DNA of 64,000 bases from positions 289,550 through 353,549 of the forward strand of contig CBDHDG010000002.1 of the NCBI GenBank assembly GCA_965261595.1. The letters are read 5' to 3'. Position 1 is the stretch's first letter. Each line of letters begins with the position of its first letter. The notes beneath the pieces were generated by a model, which ran no database searches, was not told where the DNA came from, and saw only the letters and a program-made list of their open reading frames with translations. Shown here one piece after another: positions 57,312 to 64,000 of the stretch. The stretch is from a bacterium (GTDB lineage: Bacteria > UBA8248 > JACPRG01 > G963555815). Both the position numbers and the translations under genes were made by a program.

Positions 57312-59845
57312 TCGAGCGCCTCAAGGACCTGCTCAGGGGACCGGACGCGCTTCAGCCCTGGATCCTTCCGGCCCTGCCGGCGCCCCTCGCCGGCCTCTTG
57401 CCCTGGCGGGCCTGGGACGAAGGGAGCGAGCTCTATATCAACGCCGCGAGCTGCGGCTTCCTGCTGGAGCTGCCGCCCTTCGTGGGCATCGACGAGGAGA
57501 CCCTGGGCGCGCTGGCCGGCACGCTCGCCGACGCCGCGCCCGAGCGCGCGGTGGTGCAGATCATCCATTGGACGAGCCCGCGCTACGGGGCGGCGATCCG
57601 GAGCTGGGCCGAACCCCGGCGCCTGACGGGCGGGGTACAGGCGGGGATGGCGGCGCGGCGCAGGGCCCTGTTTGCCCATGCCGGATGGCGCCCCCTCCAT
57701 GCGAGCGGACCGCCGTTCACGCTGAACGACTGCCGGGTGTTCCTCGCGGCCTGCCTGGCGGGCCCGGCCGGACCGGCGGCCGAGACCGCCCTCGGGGGGT
57801 TCCGGCGGGCCTTGGAAGGCACGCTCGCCTCGGCCGGCGCCGAGGCGCGGCGGGTCGAGCCGGACGTTCTGCTGTCCCTCGCCGCGGAGATCACGGCCCC
57901 CGACCTGGCGGGAGAGCATGACGGCGGGCTCGACAGGCCGCAAAGGCGCTGGTCGCCCAGAGACCCCATTCATCTTCAGTGCGCGGCGCCGGGCCGGGCC
58001 CTGACCGTTGCGCCCACGGGCCTGGTCTTCCTTCACCCGGACGGGACGGACGTGGCGGTGCGCGTGCTCTCGGCCCGGGCCTTCCCCGACGTCTGGCCCG
58101 GCTGGCGCGGCAACGCGCTGATCGGAGACTTCCACCGGGACTTCCTGCAGCCGGGCGCCCCGGTCCTGACCGCCCTCACCGTGACGATGGGCGACGCGGC
58201 CGCCGGCGAGCGCGCCTTCCTCAAGTCGGCCCGGGCCACGCAGCAGGCGGGCACGGGGATCGCGCGCTATTTGCCGGGCCTGCCCGAGAAGGCCCGGGAC
58301 TGGCGCTTCGTCACCGAGCGGCTGAAGAACGGCGAGCGGCTGGTCAAGGCCTGCTACACGATCGCGGTCTACGCGCCCCTGGACGCCATCGACGAGGCCG
58401 AGCAGGCGGTGCGGGCCATCTATCACGGCCAGGGCTGGCGCCTGGGCGCGGAGCGCTACGCCCACCTGCCGGCCTGGCTCGCCTGTCTGCCCATGGTTCC
58501 GGCGGGCGGGCTCGACGCCGACCTCGCCCGTATGGGCCGGATGAAGACCCTGCTCACCTCCTCGGCCGTCAATCTCGCGCCGGTGCACGGCGAGTGGCGC
58601 GGCCAGGGAGCGTCGCCCGACGCGCCGCCGGCCCTGCTCCTGATCGGAAGGCGGGGCCAGCCCGCGTGCTGGTCCCCCTTCGCCAACGAGGCCGGCAACT
58701 ACAACGTGGCCGTGACCGGCAAGTCCGGGTCGGGCAAGTCGGTCCTGATGCAGGAGCTGGTCGCGGGCATCGCGGGCGCGGGCGGCGAGGCCGTGGTGAT
58801 CGATGACGGGCGTTCCTTCCAGCACACGGCCGAGGCCCTCGGCGGCGTCTTCATCGCCTTCGGCAAGGACCCGGCGAGACTCAACCCCTTCGCCATGATC
58901 GACGCGGACGTGGCGGCCCGGGACGGGGACTACCGGGAGGAGTGCTTTGCCATGCTGGCCGCCGTGGTCGGGCGCATGTGCCGAAGGCGCGGGCGCATCG
59001 ACGACATCGAGGCGGCGCTCATCGACGAGGCCATCGCGCGCGCCTGGGAGGAGGCCGGCAACGGCGCCGACCTCGGGACCGTGCAGCGCCGGCTGGAGGC
59101 GGCGGGCGACCGGCGGGCATCGGACATGGCTCTCGCCCTCGGACCGTGGCGGCCGGGCGGCGCGCTCGGGCGGCTCTTCGAGGGATCGGAGACCCCGGCC
59201 CTGGACGCCGCGCTCACCGTGTTCGAGCTCGCCGAGCTCAAGGGCCGGGGCGACGTCCAGGGCGTGGTGCTGATGCTGGTGGTCTTCCTCGCCACCCAGC
59301 GCATGTATCACGGCCCCAGAACCCGGCCCAAGGCGATCGTCATCGACGAGGCCTGGGACCTCCTGTCGGGCGAGGACAGCCGGGCCTTCCTCGAGGGCGC
59401 GGCCAGGCGGGCGCGCAAGTACCGGGGCGCGCTCGTCACCGGCACCCAGAGCGTCAACGACTACTACGCCAACCCCGCGGCCCGGGCGGCCTGGGACAAC
59501 GCCGACTGGACCATCTTCCTGGCCCAGAAGGACGAGTCCGTCGAGCTCCTCAAACAGGAAAAGCGCATCCACTGCGATCCCGGCATGGAGCGGGCCCTCA
59601 AGAGCCTGGCCACCGTGGACGGGCGCCATGCCGAGCTGGTGCTGCACGGTCCGGACGGCTGGCGCGTGGCGCGGCTCGCCCTGGACCCCTGGTCGGTAGC
59701 TCTCTATTCATCGCGCGGGCCGGCCTTCGCCGCGGTCGAGCGGCTGAAGGCCGAAGGCCTCACCACCGAGCAGGCCATCGACCGCATCGCCGACGGCGAC
59801 GGTCCGGAGGCCACGACAGCCGGCCCTGCGGGCAGCGCGCCGTGA
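57308..59845 (+). CDS. traC: F-type T4SS ATPase TraC (VirB4-like)
   Basis: NYNVAVTGKSGSGKS Walker A, IDDGRS, IVIDEAW Walker B, RRARKY, TQS, LDPWS. Confidence 0.95.
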   Translation: MIERLKDLLRGPDALQPWILPALPAPLAGLLPWRAWDEGSELYINAASCGFLLELPPFVGIDEETLGALAGTLADAAPERAVVQIIHWTSPRYGAAIRSWAEPRRLTGGVQAGMAARRRALFAHAGWRPLHASGPPFTLNDCRVFLAACLAGPAGPAAETALGGFRRALEGTLASAGAEARRVEPDVLLSLAAEITAPDLAGEHDGGLDRPQRRWSPRDPIHLQCAAPGRALTVAPTGLVFLHPDGTDVAVRVLSARAFPDVWPGWRGNALIGDFHRDFLQPGAPVLTALTVTMGDAAAGERAFLKSARATQQAGTGIARYLPGLPEKARDWRFVTERLKNGERLVKACYTIAVYAPLDAIDEAEQAVRAIYHGQGWRLGAERYAHLPAWLACLPMVPAGGLDADLARMGRMKTLLTSSAVNLAPVHGEWRGQGASPDAPPALLLIGRRGQPACWSPFANEAGNYNVAVTGKSGSGKSVLMQELVAGIAGAGGEAVVIDDGRSFQHTAEALGGVFIAFGKDPARLNPFAMIDADVAARDGDYREECFAMLAAVVGRMCRRRGRIDDIEAALIDEAIARAWEEAGNGADLGTVQRRLEAAGDRRASDMALALGPWRPGGALGRLFEGSETPALDAALTVFELAELKGRGDVQGVVLMLVVFLATQRMYHGPRTRPKAIVIDEAWDLLSGEDSRAFLEGAARRARKYRGALVTGTQSVNDYYANPAARAAWDNADWTIFLAQKDESVELLKQEKRIHCDPGMERALKSLATVDGRHAELVLHGPDGWRVARLALDPWSVALYSSRGPAFAAVERLKAEGLTTEQAIDRIADGDGPEATTAGPAGSAP

Positions 59846-59878
59846 CGGCCTCCATAGCTTAAACAGAAGGAGACGCAC

Positions 59879-60613
59879 ATGAGCAAGGACAGGAACAGGC
59901 GGGCGCCATCGAGTGCTGCGACACGGGCGGAGAAGCCCCGATCCGGGGATCGGCCCCTCGCCTGGCCGGAAGATCCGGAGGGGCTGACCCCGGACGCCGT
60001 CGACTTCGAGGCCCTGGCCCACGTGCTGGCCAACACCTGCCGCAGGGGCGGCCGGCTCAGGCGGTTCCACTCGCTGGCGGCCCACGCGGTGCTGATGAGC
60101 GAGGAGATCGAGGCCTTTGAAGGATCCGGGGACCGCCGGGAGGCGGCCCTCTACGCCCTTCTGGCGGACGCGAGCGTCGCGTGGCTGGGAACAAAGGCCG
60201 CTTCCTCCCAGCGCGGGGCGGAGCGGCTGAAGCGGCTCGGCGGGACCATCGACCGGGCCGTGCGCGAGTCGGCCGGGCTCGATGCGGAGCCCTCCCCGGA
60301 GCAGGCGGAACTGCTGCGTTTCGTGGCCCGCATGGCCGAGGCCGCGGAGGACCGGGACCTGCCGGGCGCGCGCGACGGCGCGGCTTCCGCGGTCGCCTTC
60401 CCGCCCCTTAAGCGCCGCATCCGGACCGTGGTTCCCGATCGGGCGGCCAGGCTCTGGCTGGACCGCTTCCGGGCCCTGAAAGGGCAGGAGGGCGCGGGAC
60501 GGGGCCCCATCGCGTCCGCCCAGAGGGAGTCCCGTGGCACGCACGACCCCACCCCACCGGAGGAGCTTCATGTCACGCGCGAACAGACGGCGCCGGAACG
60601 GGCTGCGTCATGA
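59879..60613 (+). CDS. YfdR/YfbR-like HD-fold protein with a degenerate metal site
   Basis: VDFEALAHVLANTCRRGG...FHSLAAHA...ALLADASVAWLG versus the family pattern IAHALS..CRFxGH...YSVAxHS...ALLHDAxEAYxGD. Confidence 0.7.
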   Translation: MSKDRNRRAPSSAATRAEKPRSGDRPLAWPEDPEGLTPDAVDFEALAHVLANTCRRGGRLRRFHSLAAHAVLMSEEIEAFEGSGDRREAALYALLADASVAWLGTKAASSQRGAERLKRLGGTIDRAVRESAGLDAEPSPEQAELLRFVARMAEAAEDRDLPGARDGAASAVAFPPLKRRIRTVVPDRAARLWLDRFRALKGQEGAGRGPIASAQRESRGTHDPTPPEELHVTREQTAPERAAS

Positions 60614-60990
60614 GCGGGCCCACGGCGTTGGCCGCCGCGCTTGTGCTGAGTGCCGGGGTGGCCGCGGCGGTCTCGGCCGTCACGGCGCGCATGGCCCTGG
60701 AGAGGGTCCCGCGCATCGCGAGCGTGCGGCTTGCCGAGCTCACGGCAGACTACATGGCCAAGGCCGCCCGGGAGCACGGCGACCAAGAGGAGGCCGTAAA
60801 AGCCGTGCGCGGCTGGGCGCGCCGGTTGGAGGAGGCGCTCGTCCGGACGGCAGCCCGCCACCGCGCGGTGCTGCTGCCCGCAAGGGCGGTCGCCGCCGGC
60901 GCGCCGGACCTCACCGCCGAGATAAAGGCGGCGATCCAGACGGCCCTGTCCAAAACCCATCCCCCGACGAACACGGAGGACGAACGATGA
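60610..60990 (+). CDS. trbI: F-type conjugation protein TrbI
   Basis: N-terminal TM, IASVRL, VLLPARAVAAGAPDLT. Confidence 0.8.
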   Translation: MSGPTALAAALVLSAGVAAAVSAVTARMALERVPRIASVRLAELTADYMAKAAREHGDQEEAVKAVRGWARRLEEALVRTAARHRAVLLPARAVAAGAPDLTAEIKAAIQTALSKTHPPTNTEDER

Positions 60991-61562
60991 GAGAGACCCT
61001 GCACGCCTTGCCGCGTGCGCCCGGACGGCGTGCGCCTGAACGAACCGGACGGGGCCGCAAGATCCTGCTCTGGATGGCCATGCTGGCCGCCCTGTGGCTC
61101 GTCGCGGTCTCGCGCGTCTACGTCAACGCGAGCTGGTCCGACGGAGCCTGGGGGTATTTCGTGCTGCCCCTCGTGGGAGAGTTCCAACGGGGCGACGCGG
61201 TCCTGTTCGACCCACCCGAGGAGGCCGGCTCGGGGATCCCCTACCTCAAGACCGTGCGCGGCCTGCCCAGAGACCGGGTGGAGGTGGACAGGGAGCGCCG
61301 GGTCTCGGTGAACGGCGCGGTCCTCGGCGTTGCCAAGACGCATGCGCTTGATGGGCGCAGGCTCGAGGCGATCGGGCCGGGCGTGATCCCGCCGGGCCGC
61401 TACTACGTCCACGCCGATCACGTGGACAGCCACGACAGCCGCTATTCGGAGATCGGGCTCATCCCGCAAGAACGCATCCGGGGCCGGGCCTGGGCCCTGC
61501 CCGACGTCCCCTGGCTCGGGCTCAAGGGACCGCTCGCCAAACCCGAGGAGGCGCGGCCATGA
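60987..61562 (+). CDS. trhF: S26-family conjugative pilin peptidase (TrhF/TraF-P type)
   Basis: VNASWS, YLKTVRGLP.D.V, IPPG.YYV, DSHDSRY, GLIP. Confidence 0.82.
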   Translation: MRETLHALPRAPGRRAPERTGRGRKILLWMAMLAALWLVAVSRVYVNASWSDGAWGYFVLPLVGEFQRGDAVLFDPPEEAGSGIPYLKTVRGLPRDRVEVDRERRVSVNGAVLGVAKTHALDGRRLEAIGPGVIPPGRYYVHADHVDSHDSRYSEIGLIPQERIRGRAWALPDVPWLGLKGPLAKPEEARP

Positions 61563-62230
61563 CGCGGCGTGTTCTCCTGTCCCGTCTTCGGCTCATCGCG
61601 ATTGCCTGCGTGCTGATGCTCGCGGCGCGGCCCGTACCCGCGAAGGACCTTGGCGTGCGCGGCGCGGTGTGGCCCATCGCCGAGCCCGACCTGCTCGAAC
61701 GGATCGAGGCCCGGCTTGAAGCGCTGGAGTCCTCGGGCGACCTCACCCGCATGCGCCGGGAGGCCCTGGACCGGGGCCGGGAGCGCATCGAGGCGCCCGG
61801 GCGCGTCGAGGGCATCGGGCCCGCGCGCGTCCGTCGCACCCGGCTGTTCGATCCTTCGATCACGGTCGAGCAAGACGTCCGGGCGCACGATGGGACCCTG
61901 ATTGCGGCCCGGGGCGCTCGGATCAACCCCCTCGAGGTGTACCCGCTGACCCGGGATCTGCTGTTCATCGACGGCGCGCGGCCGGCCGAGGTCACCTGGG
62001 CCCTCGGCCACGAACGGCCCGCGAAGATCGTGCTCCTGGCGGGCCGCCCGCTGGACCTGATGCGGCCCCACGAACGGCCGTTCTTCTTCGACCAGAACGG
62101 CCGGCTTGCGAAACGTTTCGGGCTCCGCGCCACCCCGTCCCTGGTCGCGGCCGAGGGATCCATGCTCAGGATCACGGAAGTGCCGCTCGACGACGAAGCC
62201 AATCCCGCGACCATCGGAGGGCGGCCATGA
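61559..62230 (+). CDS. traW: F-type conjugation protein TraW
   Basis: DLGVRGAVWPIAEPDLL, FDPS, INPLE, LLFIDG, FFDQNG.L..RFG. Confidence 0.93.
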   Translation: MTRRVLLSRLRLIAIACVLMLAARPVPAKDLGVRGAVWPIAEPDLLERIEARLEALESSGDLTRMRREALDRGRERIEAPGRVEGIGPARVRRTRLFDPSITVEQDVRAHDGTLIAARGARINPLEVYPLTRDLLFIDGARPAEVTWALGHERPAKIVLLAGRPLDLMRPHERPFFFDQNGRLAKRFGLRATPSLVAAEGSMLRITEVPLDDEANPATIGGRP

Positions 62231-63228
62231 GATCCCTGAAGACCGTCTGCACGGCGCTGGTCCTTGCCGGAGCCCTGTCCACGGGGACCGCTTCCGCCCA
62301 GTCCTGCACCGGGCGTTTCGTGAACCCCGTCACGGACGTGTGCTGGGAGTGTCTTTTGCCGATCTCGATCGGGCCGATCCGCATGGGCAGCGCCACGGGC
62401 GCGCCGGACACGCCCAATCCGGGATCGCCGATCTGCCTCTGCGGCAAGCCGATCCCCCGGATCGGACTCTCCCTGGGCTTGTGGGAGCCGGCGCGGCTGA
62501 TCGACGTCAGCCGCGCGCCCTGGTGCTTCCCCAATCTCGGGGGCATGACCATCGACCCGGGCCTGCCCGCGGGGCGCGGACGTACTGGCTCCTCGGGCGG
62601 CGACGGCGCCTCGGGCTCTGTGTGGCACGTCCATGACTACGTCTATCCGCTCCTGTCCTGGATCGGGGCCCTGCTCGACATCGGCTGCCTTGAAAGCGGG
62701 GGGCTCGACATCGCCTGGGTCTCCGAGCTCGACCCGGCCTGGCTCGACGACGAGCTGTCCTTCCTGTTGAACCCGGAAGCCGCGCTGTTCGCGGACCTGC
62801 CGGCCCAGGCGGCCTGCGCCGCCGATTGCGCCGCCGCCTCGGCTGGCCTGCCGCTCGACCCCCTGTTCTGGTGCGCGGGCTGCCAGGGCGGGATGTATCC
62901 CCTGACCGGCAACGTGGCCGCCCACGTGGGCGGGGTCCAGGCCTCGCTCCTCGTGGCCCAGCGGCTCGTGTTCCGTCTTCACCGGCTGCTGCTCGCCTGG
63001 GGCACGTCGGGGCCGGCGGCGCTCTGCGGGCGCTATCCCATGCCCATCATGAAGAAGTCCCAGTACCGCTGGCAGATGACCCAGCCGGTCCCGGCCACGT
63101 CGCCCCTCACCGGCTGCAACCCCACGGGCCGGTCCTCGGTGATCTGGGAAGCGCTGCGCGAGCTGCCGGTGGCGGGCGAGAACTTCGGCTATCTGCTCTG
63201 GCGCAAGCGCAACTGCTGTCTGCTCTGA
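62227..63228 (+). CDS. traU: F-type conjugation protein TraU
   Basis: C.GRFVNPVTDVCWECLLP, WEP, ELDPAW.DD, CAADC, FWCAGCQG..YP, WRKRNCC. Confidence 0.95.
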   Translation: MRSLKTVCTALVLAGALSTGTASAQSCTGRFVNPVTDVCWECLLPISIGPIRMGSATGAPDTPNPGSPICLCGKPIPRIGLSLGLWEPARLIDVSRAPWCFPNLGGMTIDPGLPAGRGRTGSSGGDGASGSVWHVHDYVYPLLSWIGALLDIGCLESGGLDIAWVSELDPAWLDDELSFLLNPEAALFADLPAQAACAADCAAASAGLPLDPLFWCAGCQGGMYPLTGNVAAHVGGVQASLLVAQRLVFRLHRLLLAWGTSGPAALCGRYPMPIMKKSQYRWQMTQPVPATSPLTGCNPTGRSSVIWEALRELPVAGENFGYLLWRKRNCCLL

Positions 63229-63238
63229 GGAGGCTGAC

Positions 63239-63953
63239 ATGAACGATAACCCGATTCGTAAGACCATCCCGGCTCTCGCCTGCGCGCTCGTGATGGCGGC
63301 CTGGTGCGGCCCGGCCCGGGCCCAGGGAAAAGCCAAGGACTTGGCGCGCGATACTGTCGATCAGGTCCTGCGGCAACCGGCAAAAGTCCGTGACGGGGAC
63401 CTGGACGCCTGGTCGCGCTCGGTGATCGAGCGCGCGCTGGAACGCGCGGGCAAAAACGCCCCCGGGGCCTCCGGCCCCCTCCCGGCCGAACGTCATGCCG
63501 GCCGCGTTGCCCGCGGCCTTTCCGAGCGTCCCCATGGCCCCGAGGTCATCGTCTTCATGAGCCTCTCGGCGCCCGCGGCGAGCTGGCGGCAGTGGAGCCG
63601 CGAGGCGGCGCGGATCGGCGCGCCGCTGGTGCTGCGCGGGCTCGGCCCGGACGGGTTGCAGGCCACGGTGAAACGCATCGGCCCGTACCTGGGCCGCAAG
63701 TCCGGCGCAACAATCGATCCGCGTCTGTTCCGGATCTTCGGCATCGAGGCGATCCCGGCCGTCGCGGTGGTCCCGGGCGGGGTCCCGCCCTGCACTAGCC
63801 GGGGTTGCGCCGCGGATCCCGCGCCGCCCCACGACCGCATCGCGGGGAACATCGGCCTGGAAGCGGCGCTCGAGGCCATCGCCGCCGAGGGAGGGCCGGG
63901 CCGCGCGGCCGCGCGCCCGCCATCTCGCAAGCCTGAGAGGAAACTTGCCATGA
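63239..63953 (+). CDS. trbC: F-type pilus assembly protein TrbC (probable +1 indel near its 3' end)
   Basis: Absent from the ORF track. ATG 63239 after GAGGAGG; EVIVFMSLS.P...LVLRGL, IDPRLFRIFGI..IPAV, DRIAGNIGL..AL. As given it reads into the next ORF; deleting one C at 63916-63918 gives ...RRHLASLRGNLP* with an ATGA overlap at 63950-63953. Confidence 0.85.
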
Positions 63954-64000
63954 ACCGCAAGGACGACACGAACGAAAATCCGGAACCCGGTTCCGATCGC

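Larger units (their letters stand above)
48241..64000. mobile_element. Probable integrative conjugative element or integrated conjugative region (right end outside window)
   Basis: Truncated host gene and AT-rich junction, IS66, CI/Cro-Xis regulators and a contiguous F-type tra operon. No integrase, relaxase or coupling protein is visible in the window. Confidence 0.65.

Noticed and set aside
1..64000. CRISPR arrays, tRNA (including tRNA-Sec) and rRNA genes
   Set aside because: No regularly spaced direct repeats or cloverleaf/rRNA signatures seen by eye; a covariance-model scan was not possible.

Overview
GC-rich bacterial DNA in two parts. (A) 1-~48,240 is a dense catabolic region themed on N-heterocycle, amide and amine breakdown. 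It holds an acyl-CoA dehydrogenase with a GntR regulator; a nitrilase/LLM/dihydropyrimidinase/cupin operon; a cyclase/UbiD/Mo-hydroxylase/MBL operon; and a selenocysteine GrdB-type reductase (in-frame TGA plus SECIS-like hairpin) paired with an atypical GrdE. It also holds a single-chain triple-RidA, a BMP-type nucleoside ABC importer interrupted by two DUF1989 genes and an unannotated 52-aa RHH-like gene, two more Mo-hydroxylase large subunits, several amidohydrolases, a frameshifted comM, an HD-GYP gene split by an intact IS256 (8-bp TSD), an MFS transporter, a diheme cytochrome c, an OCD-family and an M24-family enzyme. (B) From an abrupt AT-rich junction at ~48,241, which truncates a transporter gene, the DNA is mobile. 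It carries an IS66-type element (25-bp perfect IRs) with a coupled DUF4338 passenger, then a phage-like CI / Cro-Cro-Xis switch directly upstream of an F-type conjugation operon (traA-L-E-K-B-V-C, degenerate HD protein, trbI, trhF, traW, traU, trbC) that runs off the window; this is probably an ICE. At least six small indels break otherwise intact genes, so some pseudogene calls may be consensus errors. All assignments come from motif recognition by eye; no database searches were run.
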